DNA from: Lytechinus pictus | Taxonomy: Eukaryota | Reading direction: 5' to 3' | Length of the DNA: 64,000 bases | Assembly (NCBI RefSeq): GCF_037042905.1 | Contig: NC_087252.1 | Coordinates: 12,898,001-12,962,000 of the forward strand | Shown here: positions 52,101 through 64,000 of the stretch, one piece after another | Numbering within the stretch: position 1 is the stretch's first letter | Layout: each line of letters opens with the position of its first letter | Notes under the pieces: generated by a model | What the model saw: the letters and a program-made list of their open reading frames with translations, nothing else | Database searches by the model: none | What the model was told of the DNA's origin: nothing | Position numbers and translations under genes: made by a program

Positions 52101-53231
52101 GAAATTCTGGTCTTGAACTGCAGTTTTTTCCTTGTTTTTCTCCTTTATTTTCTATATTAATCAACACATTTGCAGCCCCCGGTGCAGCCTCTCTATTCTA
52201 TCCCGTCTTTATTTTGGTTTTCCCCATTGTTCGTTGCTCAACAACTCTCCATCAAACTAGTTTCCAACTTTTTCAACGTTGTGCAATTGTCGACTGTCCA
52301 ACAAATCTCCATCGAACTAGTTTCCAACTTAGTCAACGCTGTTCCTTTGTTGGCTGTTCAACAACTATCCAGTCAAACACGTTTCCAACGTTGTGACATT
52401 GTTGGCTGTCCAACAAATCTCCAACACACTAGTTTCCACTGTTGTGCCATTGTCAGTTGTTCAACAACTTTCCATCGAACTAGTTCCGTTGCTAACGTTG
52501 TGTCATCGTCGACTATCCAACTGATCTCCAACCTATCAGTTTCCAACGTTGTGCCAGTGTCAGTTCAACAAATTTCCATCTAACTAGTTTCCAGCTTTGT
52601 CAACGTTGTGTCATTGTCGGTAGATCAACAACTTTCCATCGAGCTAGTTTCCAACGTTGCCAACCTTGTGTCATCGTCCACTGTTTGATTAATCTCAATC
52701 TTACTAGTTTACAACGTTGTGCCATTGTCGACCGTCCAACAAATCTCCAACAAACTAGTTTCCAGCTTTGTCAACATTGTGCCATTGTCGACTATCCAAC
52801 GAATCTCCAACACACTAGTTTCCAACGTTGTGTCATTGTCGACTATCCAACTAATCTCCATCTTACTAGTTTCCAACGTTGTGCCATTGTCGACCGTCCA
52901 ACAAATCTCCAACAGTTAGTTTTCAACTTTGTCAACGTTGTGCCATTGTCGGTGGTTCAACAACTTTCAATCGAACTAGTTTCCAACGTTGCCGACGTTG
53001 TGCATTTGCTGGCTGTTCAACAATTATCCAATCAAACGTGTTTCCAACGTTGTGACATTGTCGACTATCCAGCAACTCTCCAACAAACGAGTTTCGAACG
53101 TTGCCAACGTCGTGTCATTGTTGATTGTCCATCATCTTTCCATCAAACTAGTTTCCAACGTCGATTCAACGAAAATCCATCAACTTTGTTCAAGTTTCCA
53201 ACGTAGAGCCAACGTTGACTTGTTACCTGGG
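49154..53231. mobile_element. CCC-ended CMC/EnSpm-like non-autonomous element
   Basis: TIR CCCAGGTAACAA / TTGTTACCTGGG, 2-bp TSD CA, long subterminal arrays of CAACGTTG motifs (49170-49670, 50100-50280, 52230-53220). Confidence 0.88.
51015..51492. mobile_element. MITE nested in the EnSpm-like element
   Basis: Inverted repeat TCATTGGGTGATTTCAA / TTGAAATCACCCAATGA. Confidence 0.6.
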
Positions 53232-54434
53232 CATGTTTATTGAGATACACAGCTTGGTCTTTATTCAAAACGTGCTAAAATTATCCAGTTTCAGATCAAA
53301 ATATCACAAATGTTCAGCTCGCAGTTTGCGCTCGCATTATTACTGTAGGAAGATACCAAATTACCCATCCTTTTTCATGATTTACAAAACATGAATAGAG
53401 TGTCCCATTTTAGGTTTCAAATCTCGATTTTTCCGCCAATTGTTTGGTCTTATACCTGTACCGTAAATGATTACAAGAAGTGCTTAGAATGTCATTTTTT
53501 TAGGTCAGAATGTCAAAAAAAATCCAATCGCGCTCGCATTATTAAATAATTGAAATATGTATCGTCTTCATGGCTAACTGCAAAACGTCGTTAACCCTTT
53601 CCGATCAAGCTAGAACCAATATTAAAAATTTCTGCTCGCGCTTCGCGCTCGCAGTAATTATCTATTTACATCTCGTTCGGTTTCACAAACATTGCCTAGA
53701 CTAATCAATTTTCAGGACAAGATGCATAAAATTCCAAAAAAACATCAGCTCGTGCTTCGCGCTCACACTGTATAAATAGAGCTTATGAGATTATTACACT
53801 TTGTTATGTTGTTTCATGAGAATAAAGCTAAGAAATGACTGTTAGGACATCGGCGTTTTGCCCCTATTTTTCACGACCAAGAAAAAAAAAACAGAGAAAG
53901 GGATAAGGTTGAAATATAGGCCTATTATTTTCCAAATGTTATGTCAAAATCAATCACAAATTTTTATTTTTGTAATAAAACTGTTAAAAAATTTGCTCGC
54001 CCCCTCAATTGTTTGGCTCATTATTCCACTGGGACAATCCATTCAAAGAAAGAAACAAAAATCAACTTTGAGAGGCCGATCGGTGAGATTATGGGTTTAA
54101 AAAAATCCCCCCCCCCCTATTGGCGGGAGCTGGATCCGCACCTGGAAGATGGTTTTTACGTGTCTGTGTGTGTGTGTGTCAAGTATATTTAATGGACCCT
54201 TAATGTCACCATTAGATGTATGTAACTAAGTGGTAACTTTTGAAAATTCAGGTTATGACTTGCATTAGTATGATTTTAGCCTTTTAAATAATGTAGACAT
54301 TTGGTCAAATGTAAAAGAAAAAAGTTCTCTCTAAGGTGAATTGATTTAATAACGCGAACATCCTGATCAGCAAACGCTCAAGCTGCTCTGATGGAGCATG
54401 AAAAAAACCCAAGCAAGTGCTTTACGCGAGCGGA

Positions 54435-56545
54435 TTTTATGCCCCGCAGACGAGGTCCGGAAGGGGCATTAAGCGATGCCCAAGTCCGTCCGTCCTTCCT
54501 TCTGTCCGCCCCCCCCCCCCCCCACTTGGTTTCCGCGCAATAATTCGACAAATATTTAATGGATTTTTTAAAATTTTGGTGTATAGGTAGATGACACCAA
54601 ATTAAAAGAAAATACAGGCTAAGTTCGAATTTTGAGTTCGCAGGTCAAAGGTCGCAGCTCATTAAATATGCGAGATGGTTTCCGCATGATAACTTATGAA
54701 ATATTAAACAGATTTTTTTTTTAATGTGTGTGTAGGTAGATGACATTAAAAGACAGGCTAAGTTCGAATTTGGAGTCCACAGGTCAAAGGTCACAGCTCA
54801 TAAAATATGCGAGTTGGTTTCCGCATGAAAACCTAATGATTATTCAACCGATTAAAAAAAAATTGTGTGTAGGTAGATAACACTAAAATACAGGCTAAGT
54901 TCGAATTCGAAGTCCGCAGGTCAAAGATCACAGGTCATTATATTTGCGAGTTGGTTTCCGCATGATAACTTAAGAAATATTCACCAGATATTAAAAATGT
55001 TTGGTGTCTGGGTAGATAACATCAAATGGCCTGACTGTCAAATCTTCTGTTAGAGATTATTATGGAAAGGGTGGGTTTTTTGGTTAAAGGTCTAAATTTG
55101 TTCATTACCTACAGTGCGTCTCCCAAAAAATATACACTTTTGAAATGGCTGCCAAAAAAAATATATTACTTTCGGGAATAAAGACTTGTATATATGGAAA
55201 GCCAATTAAGTCAACTTTCAAATGACCCCCACAAATTGGAAAACTATTCATGCTTGAACAAGCACTGGTCACTAAAACAAATGGTATGGAAATAAGGCTG
55301 GGCTGGAATTAGCCTTCCAATTTCTTTAATTTTTTTTTTGGTTTCGTACTTTGCAAAGTTGAGGGTTTTGTGATGAATTAATGATCAGTTGTGATCAGTT
55401 TGTTGTTTGAGAAAAATCCATGCGTTATTACATTTAAATTTAGTGCATGAGTGACCATGAATTCCAATTTTTAGTGCAGCATTTTTACTTTATCATGTGG
55501 ATCACAGCAATGTGTTCATGAGAGTCAGGAGGATAGGGGTAGGATAGGACTTAAGTAGGTGAAGTATGTTGATGGGATAAAGGTCAACGGAACATTTAGC
55601 AAACCCTTCCTCTATCTCACCCCCCCCCCCCCCACTTCTCTCCTGAGAAACTAAGCTCGGCTAGGCTGGGCTGGGCAGGAATTAGTCTTACAGTTTTTTG
55701 AGTGGTCAGTCCTTAGGAACTTGCAAAGCTAAGGGTGTTGTGCTAAATTAATGAGTGAGTTAAGTTGAAAAAAAATGAATGTTTAATGACGTTGCATATT
55801 GAATGAGTTGTTTTACTGATGAATTTTTGACTGATAGGAAAAATTTTATGCCCCAATTCAGAATTTATCATTAAATCAACATTCTGCTCTGGACTCCACG
55901 CATACATGACAATAGCAATCAGTCTCTCAACAGAAAGGGAGGGAAGGAGAGAGGGGGTTAAATGTTCTGTTGACCCTTATTCCATCAGCCTACTTCTCCC
56001 ACTTAAGTCCTATCCCACCCTCTATTCATGAACACATTGCTGAGATCCACATGATAATGTTGAAATGCTGCCCAAAAAGTGTAATTTGTGTTCATTCATG
56101 CATTAATGTTAAATTTAATAATTTATGAAATCTGCTTAAACAACCAAAACTGGTCACGGTTGATCATTAATTTATTACAATGCCCTTAACTTTGCAAATT
56201 CCAAAGGATTTGCCTCCCAAAAATTACATAAATTGGAAGGCTAATTCCAGCCCAGCCTAATTTTCATACCCTTTGTTTCATTGGCCAGTGCTCGCTCGAG
56301 CATGAATAGTTTTCCAACTTTTTAGTGTCATTTGAAAGGTGACTCTATTGGCTTTCATATATATAAGTGTTTTTCTCAAAGTGCATTTTTTTTTGTTACA
56401 GCCATTAAAAAAAATGTATAGTTTTGGGGGACGCACTGTATATGCATATTGGTTTCTGCACGATACTAAGTTCAATCATGTTGAATGAATTTCGGATCGC
56501 GTTAAGCGGGGGCATCTGTTTCCTTTGGACACGTCAAATTTTCTA
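54435..56545 (+). repeat. HINE-like repeat (ttttatgccccgc head, ~140-bp tandem units) carrying a Tc1-like insertion
   Basis: Tandem caggctaagttcgaattt..aggtcaaaggtc units; tail gcggggcatctgt; partial sister copy at ~43920-44240. Confidence 0.7.
55112..56438. mobile_element. Tc1/mariner-like fold-back MITE
   Basis: TA|CAGTGCGTC...GACGCACTG|TA with long imperfect inverted arms; empty site visible in the sister repeat at ~44120-44145. Confidence 0.88.
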
Positions 56546-57435
56546 AGTTAACAACAGCTTGAGCGTCAAGGAAATGCTAGAAGTTAGTTAGCGATTGCTT
56601 GAGCTTACTAGCAAAAGCATTCGCTCGCTTATTTTTATGCACACGGAATCAAGCCAAAGCAATGGCTACTTTTATGCATCTGATCTATTACCACCCTATA
56701 CGATAACCGATTGTGTGATCTTTAGAATGCAGAGGTGATATTAAGAATAACTAATAAAATCACTTCAACCTTTAAAACGGAAGTACTATTAACTTGCAGC
56801 TACTCTTTTTGACAACAATGTTTTACAATTGTTAAATGTCTGGAAAAGCATTGTTTCAGAAGTTTCTAATTTACTATGAAAGGCATTCATCACTAGTAGC
56901 TTTTTGAGACAACAATGTAATAACAATTTAATGGCTTTTTACAATCATGAAGCTCTTTGAAAGGAAGTATTATGGATATTTTTTCATTTTTTTTCAGGTA
57001 CTCTTAAATCACTTAATGAGATATACATTGCAAAGATTTGATGTTTTATACACTCTTTTCAGAAATTTGCCCAAAAAGATTCCAAGTATTCTTTTTTCAA
57101 TAGTTGAAAATCAATCGGAATGTAGGCAATCAGGCTATTATTTGACCGCTTGTAGACCATTTTTCACGACGAAAATACATTTCCTTTCGATATGTCACAT
57201 TCACCTGCATTTTGAACAACAGAGTTGATGAAACATGCATTCAAATTTTCACCTTTACCTTGTGCTGTGATCCTACCTTTTTTCTGAATAATAAAGTTAT
57301 TATAACCATTGCCTTTTTATGGTATACAGTGTATATGTTCGTATTTGTTAACTTAAATTACTACACGCCCCCCCCCCCCCCCCCCCCCCCGTTGCATGGA
57401 CTTATTTTGTTTAAAACTCACTGAATTGTTTACAG

Positions 57436-57461
57436 GTGTGGAACCGATTGGGAGTGCTCAG
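57436..57461 (+). CDS. Roco-like gene, exon G (micro-exon); gene presumably continues beyond window
   Basis: ttgtttacag| acceptor, cag|gtgagt consensus donor; 26 nt, phase 1->0: (G)VEPIGSAQ. Confidence 0.7.
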
Positions 57462-58423
57462 GTGAGTAGAGAATTTTCAAATTAATTACAAATTGTGATA
57501 TGCGATTCCAAAGGATTTGTGATTGGTATTATGACAGTTCATAGTAGTAATGAAACTAGAGATAGCCGTGATGAGCAGAGTCATGATATAAATAGTGTCA
57601 AGTAAATATCAAATCACAAGAAAAAAATAATGTAGCAGATATATTTTAATAATAATAACGAAACATTGGGTGGTCACTGATATGGGACACGATGTTTAAA
57701 AATATATATAATGTATGTATATTATATATAGATATCATACTTTAATGTATTTTGTAGGGGTTTGCACACTCTAACAGATATAAGAACACAATTATACATT
57801 TTTTTTTCTCACAGGGAATAGGAAAAGTTACAAAATATGACAAAGCTTAACAAAATGTGTTAATTCGCTTCAAATGATAAAACATTGATGAAATTATCAG
57901 TGCCTTTACCTGCAGAAGATGATAAAAATAATTTCTTGTTTGTCTGACCTACAAATTATGAGAAAGGTATAGTTGCCTAATTACTATATTCTGGAAAGCG
58001 TGCTGTATAAATGTAAAAATCATTATTTTGTGTTATTAAGAATAGTTGTTTGTTGTATAAGTAGCAGTCGTGTTATTATTATGACTGATGTTATTGATAT
58101 TGCTATTATATTATTATCTCATTATTTCATTATTAACATTTATCATTATCAGTTTCATTATACCCTACTTCTTCATTTTTTAACATATTTACATGAAGTT
58201 TGGCAAAGAGCTTAAAATGTCCAATAAATATTTTTGTATAGGTTGGAAATAGTGTTGCCATGGTAACAACATATTATGACAAGTAATCAGTGAAAATCGT
58301 GTCGGATTCCTTAGTTTTGGGGATGGGCGCTCATGAAATCTGGCTCACAAGTTAGACTTTTAGTGAAAAAGACATTTTTTCGCATTTAACAGAGATTGTG
58401 TTGTTAATATAAAAATATTCTAA

Positions 58424-59470
58424 TAGTCCAGGATAGAAGAAGCATAACCTTGTTTTTTCATATATACAATATTTTTTGGTGGTTACTTGTCAATTCGAGG
58501 GTGCTGATTACAAATCTGAATGATGCCACTCGTGTAACCTAGAGCATTTTCCGCAAATTGGCAAAATCCAATATGGCCGCAAAAAATATGCATATTACAC
58601 AGTAAAAACGTTGTTTAAAAAATTTATTCAACGTTGTTTACTATAAGAACATTACAGTAATTGTTTAAACAGTTTAAACAAGTGTTTAAAATCTTAAACA
58701 CGAAAGTTTAATTTTCAATATCTAATCTTCAATAAATTAAACATGATTGTTTAAACTGTTAAACTACTTTAAGGTTCATATAATAAACAGCGTTGTATAA
58801 AATCTTAAACAGCGTTTTTACTGTGTACCCATGAAAATCATAAAATTGCCAGCAAATTGGCTATAAAATGTATGTAATTGTGTTGCAGCAGTGAAGTTAT
58901 CTATTAAAAATAACATTGCTTGACAAAATATTTAATTCTTGATATTCAAAATGGCCGCCAGAGACCTGTATACCCTATTGTGTACAATATGAATAGAGAA
59001 AACTCTCAGGGCATTTGGTGGCTTTTTGAATATCAAAATGCTTCAATTATTGCATACATAACATAACAAATGATACATTTCGTTAGCAATCATGTTTTCA
59101 TCCATTATTTCACCAAAAATCACATTTACTTGCAATTGGTGCTCGCTTCTGCGAAATTTAGTTTTCCTCATTTGCATTGTACAAAATATAGAATACAGGG
59201 GGTTTTTTTCAGAGTATTTCACTCCTGCAACACAAATACAAACATTTTATAGCCAATGTGCGGGCAATTTTATTATTTTCATGGGTAATTTGCATATTTT
59301 GGCGGCCATATTGGATTTTGCCAATTTGCGGAAAATGCTCAAGGCTACACGAGTGGCATCATTCAGATTCGTAACCAGCACCCTCGAATTGACAAGCAAC
59401 CATCAAAAATTATTGTATATATGAAAAAAACAAGGTTTGGTCAATTTACTATTGGGCCTATCCTGCACTA
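58424..59470. mobile_element. Palindromic MITE with TAG...CTA ends (Academ-type termini)
   Basis: TAA|TAGTCCAGGATAG ... CTATCCTGCACTA|TAA; long inverted arms (tcaattcgagggtgctg / cagcaccctcgaattga). Confidence 0.75.
58598..58825. mobile_element. Small CAC-ended MITE nested in the previous element
   Basis: TA|CACAGTAAAAACG ... CGTTTTTACTGTG|TA. Confidence 0.85.
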
Positions 59471-59957
59471 TAACCAATTATTCAGTATTCGACCATTGCT
59501 CATGAAATTTGGCATACGCATTGGTCTTGGGGTATAGAGGGGCTAGACATATTTTACTCCTGTACGTCATGCGGCAGCAGTAACTTCAAAATTTTAAAAC
59601 AGTGCCAAGTTGTTTTTATGCCATAATAACTTGTGTATGGAGCATGTATAATATAGTCGTGTTTCATTAATCATGAACCAAGGTTTGAGGTCATTAAACG
59701 TCCTCCTTAAAAGGCAGTCGTCATATCCATTAATTTCCTTGTTACTTGAAGCTTATCAATGAAAAAATAGATTTGCAAAATATGTATTCATATTTTGCAT
59801 GGAAAGGTCATAAATTTTAGATCCTATATTTTTTTTTCTTTTATAGGGGGAGGCTTAATTTTTCATATGCCACATTTCTTTATCATTCATGTAGCACGGA
59901 TTACAGAAATTAAAATGGTCCTTATCCGCCGACAACACTTTCATGATTTTGGATCGG

Positions 59958-60775
59958 CTTAAGGGAAAGTTCGCCCTGGCAAATATTTATTTTAAAATTA
60001 GCAGAAAATTATTTAAATAAAAAAGAAGAAATATTGAGAAGGTTTGAGAAAAATCAATGAGGGAATAAAAAAGTTATTATAATTTTAATTACTAAATTGA
60101 ATTTAATTCATTTATTTTCCATTAAAAACATGCAATTAAAGAATATACTAACATTACAAAGTATAGAAGGTATACAAATGACGTATCATACTTTAAAATA
60201 AATGCAAAATTCTTCGTTTATATATACATATTAGGAAAATTTGATGTCCATGGAAGCAGTATGCTTGTAGGGTTGGGTCACCCAGAAAAAATATGAATCA
60301 GTAGATGAAAGAATACATAATACAGTTATATGGAATACTAAATGGATAAAACTTCAATCAATGATAATGATATATTACATATTTATAGCCCGATTTGATT
60401 TGTGACGTCATATGCGAACAGGTTTCCTACATATTGTATGGTAGAGAATCAATAAAATGTATATTTCTCAGAAATTTGACAATATTTTTCTTATTGTACC
60501 TTCAGTATAATTCAAATACAACTCATTTCGCACCAATTCCTAAAAAGAAATCTAAAATAAGTCATCACAAACCGTTGAAAATTGAAATTAATAATGCATT
60601 TTATATTACATAACATGTGGCAGCTTCTCGTTTATGACGTCACATATCCAAAACTTGAAATTGTAATAAATTTCTCAATCTTTAATGATTTTCCCCTCAA
60701 ACATTTACTAATTTGTTTTATTATTTTTCTGCTGTTTTAAAACAAACTTTTCTTCAGGTTGAATTTTTTATTTAT
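59958..60775. mobile_element. Degenerate Kolobok-like element
   Basis: TTAA|GGGAAAGTTCGCCCTG left end; subterminal gaaggtttgagaaaaatc and tgacgtca motifs similar to 358-952; right end eroded. Confidence 0.5.
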
Positions 60776-61149
60776 GCCCTGAAATATTTGGTTTGATTTT
60801 ATTTGATTTATTGTTTTCTTCTGCATCCATTCATACATTCGTATAATACATTTTTCATAACATAATAAACATAATATTTTAGCATTTTTGGCATGAATCA
60901 TAAATAAAGAGTACTAAAAGATAATTCCAGACAAAACTGATTAACTATATGATATTCATAATTTGCAGGAGAAGGATTGTCATCATAAGCAGATTGCTTG
61001 AAAAAAATGACAAACCCAAACTTTTACTAATTGAATTAATTAATACATTTATAAAGCAGAATGGGCATATATTTTCAAATACGAAACATGAATTCATGCA
61101 ATATTATAGTATGAAGATGAAGATGATAAAGCTGAGGGTGACGGTGATA

Positions 61150-61155
61150 TGATGT

Positions 61156-61188
<33 letters not shown>
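61150..61188. repeat. (GAT)n microsatellite
   Basis: tgatgatgatg run. Confidence 0.9.
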
Positions 61189-61189
<1 letters not shown>

Positions 61190-61609
61190 GGCCTTGGAGA
61201 TTATGGTGGTCATGATGAAGATATTGGTAATGACTAAATCGAAGGAGGAATAAATTCACGATAAAAAGGATACGACACAGAAATTTTACTTCAAATATTC
61301 TGATAATAACATAGATTTAACGTTTGCCTTAAATGAGTGAAGAGACGAAGATTGTTTTATATGAGGGTATATGAAGAAGAGAAAACGTTCAAATATTTTT
61401 TTCCAATGTCACAAAGTCATATTGAATCTGCAATGTAGAGAAAAATGCCAAAGGCATTTTATTTTTTGTGGGGGATTTTTCTCATTTGATTTTTTTTCAG
61501 CCGAAGTTTCCATGAACAAAATTTGAGGAATATATAGATTAGACAATAGTATTATGTACATAATGGTTTGGAGGTAGGTCTGTATAATCTTCATTCTATA
61601 CATAGCAAA

Positions 61610-63190
61610 AAAAGCAAGTCCCCTCTTCAACAAACATTCATATTTTCTGAACCAGGAGTTATAGAGATCGTTTTACATGGTATGTAGGTAATGTTATAAG
61701 TTAAGAATATTTTGGACGTATTTTATGTCATGCTCCAGTGAGCACCGCCAGAAGACAAAATTGTCCCTTTTCAAAAGTCGTAAGCCAAATAACATGACTT
61801 TGATTCCATTTTATTGGAAAAAATTCCACATACACAGCTTGAAAAATTCGTCAGAAGGCTCGTAAAGGGTACTTTCGAAAAGACGATATAACTTCCTTTG
61901 CTAAATATCACGGTTGAATAAACATAACTCAAAATTTGCTCAAAATCAAGCTATCTATCACAAACCTTCTTGCATAGTTCATTTGATTTAATTTGTTATG
62001 AAAATCCTGTTTTCTAATGCTTCAGTGAGCACACAATATTCAAACATTGTGGAAATGAGAAGAAAGTTCAAGGCCTCGGCCCCACTTTGTGCCGTATCAA
62101 ATGATTATTTTGGTGTGCGTGCCTTAGTGTTGCTCTGAAGACGTTTGCGAAGTTTTATTTAAAAAAATGTAGGCAGAAGTAGAATAAAATTATCCATGAA
62201 AGAACCCTCACTTTGACTTTATTCGATTTTTTACACATCCATCTATACACAACAAAAAAAAGTAAGTCTCCCCTTGAACAAACATCAATTATTTCCGAAC
62301 CATTGCGAGTTTTTGATATATTTTGACATGAGCGTGTAGGTAATTTTATAAGCTACCATCTGAGTAAATGTTATGGACGTATTTTACGTCATGCTTCAGT
62401 GAGCACCGTCAGAAGGCAAAAATATCACTTTTCAAAAGTCACAAGCCAAATATCATGACTTTGATTCCATTTTACTGGAACTGATTCCAAATTCTCATCA
62501 TAAAAAATAGTCAGAAGGCTTGTAAAAGGTACTTTCTAAAAGACGATACAACTTTTTGGCTAAATTTCACGGTTGAATAAACACAAGTACAAATTTGCCA
62601 AAGTTGGATTTTTTACACATTTTTATCAATAAAAATGATAGAATATGATGACAGTTATTTTTGGGAAGAGTATCTTCAACAATATTCATCGTTTCACAGT
62701 TCAATGAACATTTATTGAAAACAAAAAATACGATTTTCAAATATCATAGGCAAGTATTGTTTCATTTTGGTAACTGAAACTGATCCTTTATCAACTTTTT
62801 CGTTATGTTCATGACCAATTAACATGCTTCAATGATTCAAAGGCGTTTAATTAAACATTAACGCTTGAATGAACATGTGGAATGTGATTAGCTCTTTTTT
62901 ACGTTATTGGAAAAAATGCAATTTGTAACTATGGATATCTGTCATTAACCTCGTTGCATGGTTCATTTGATTTGATTTTTATGAAAATCCCGATGTTTAA
63001 TGCATCAGTGAGCACACAATGTTCGAAAATTATGCAAATGAGAAGAAAGTTCAAGGCCTTGGCCCCACTCTGGGCCGTATCGATTTGTTATTTTGGTGTG
63101 CGCGCCTTTTGGATAGTGTTACTTTGAAGCCGTGTGCGAAGTTTCATGAAATAACTGTTGGCAGAAGTAACAAAAACTGTACATGAAACA
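61610..63190 (+). repeat. Direct duplication of a ~650-bp unit (second copy with ~340-bp extra sequence)
   Basis: ggacgtattttatgtcatgctccagtgagcacc at ~61714 and ~62375; gagaagaaagttcaaggcct at ~62058 and ~63040; related segment at ~45860-46110. Confidence 0.75.
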
Positions 63191-64000
63191 AATCCATATT
63201 TCATATTTGTTTCAATTTTGACTTCCTCTCTCATAGACTTGTGTACATTATGGGTGCATATGCTTAAGAATAAGTAACCCCTTATTCAATATGGTGGAAC
63301 TTTTTATCAAGGCTGTTTTCAGCAATGTCATTTGGCAGTCATGTTTATCAACCTATGGGCAGAATTCTGTTCCAAAATTAAATCGATTTGTTTGTTTATG
63401 GATGAGTGAGCACGCATTAAAGTGGGAAAATGGGCATTTTCAATGTCACAGACTCATTTTAAAGGGTAATAAGGGGAATATTTGGGGAAAATTCGGTTTC
63501 AAATGTGACTTTAATTGCTGTTGTTTTTATTATCCATTCTTTCTATCACCCCACACTTTCCGAACTTTTAACGTTTTCATGGTTGAGCGAGCACATTCGA
63601 AACTTAGGAATGACTACTTTTTTTACTGCATAAATGTATTCTTTTCCTAACAATTTCTCATGATCAGTTTAATTTATGGACAAATCAGGGGTGGATCAAG
63701 AATTTAAAAATGGGGGAGGGGCTTATAATCGGGGGAGCCACCAACATTTTCAAATTTTAATATGACTTAACAAGTTGTAGAGGATACTACCAAAAACCCC
63801 TATGATGATACGTCGCAATACAGGGGCCGCGGAACGGTTTTCAAAGTGTGGGGAAGGGACTTAGCCAAAATTGGGGGGGGGGGGGCTGACCATGCAAAAA
63901 ATCAAAATCGTAATCATTTTTACATTTTTTTCTTCTGTGGCCCCTGCAATTTTGTGCTCACTCAACTATGAGCATACGATATCAAAATTGTGTGTGGAGT

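Noticed and set aside
52170..53243. Repetitive ORFs or a CRISPR-like array
   Set aside because: Degenerate tandem subterminal repeats of a DNA transposon, with no unique spacers, no cas genes and a eukaryotic context.
60969..61001. Possible next exon after tttgcag
   Set aside because: Phase-0 reading hits TGA after 10 codons and there is no donor site.

Overview
AT-rich, repeat-dense animal genomic DNA. Long poly-G/poly-C runs and the transposon repertoire suggest an invertebrate deuterostome such as a sea urchin (inference only). The only host gene found is on the + strand: seven phase-compatible GT-AG exons (440 coding nt over ~44.5 kb, 12923-57461). They encode the N-terminal half of a Roc-type (Roco family) P-loop GTPase domain, followed by a low-complexity insert built from alternating phase 1-0 / 0-1 micro-exons, plus an apparently dead micro-exon pair. 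Its start and end are not found in the window. The introns and upstream region are filled with nested transposons: (i) a complete but mutated Gmr1-like Gypsy LTR retrotransposon with PR-IN-RT-RH order, 191-bp LTRs and a 5-bp TSD; (ii) a decayed AcademX-like DNA transposon; (iii) a 2.0-kb Transib derivative with RSS-like CACAGTG ends; (iv) a truncated CR1-group LINE; (v) many non-autonomous TIR elements (hAT-, Kolobok-, CMC/EnSpm-, Harbinger- and Tc1-like) and Helentron/HINE-like repeats. A fully paired 72-nt tRNA cloverleaf with a TCA (UGA-reading) anticodon and a T6 terminator lies at 32444-32515. All calls were made by eye, with no database searches.
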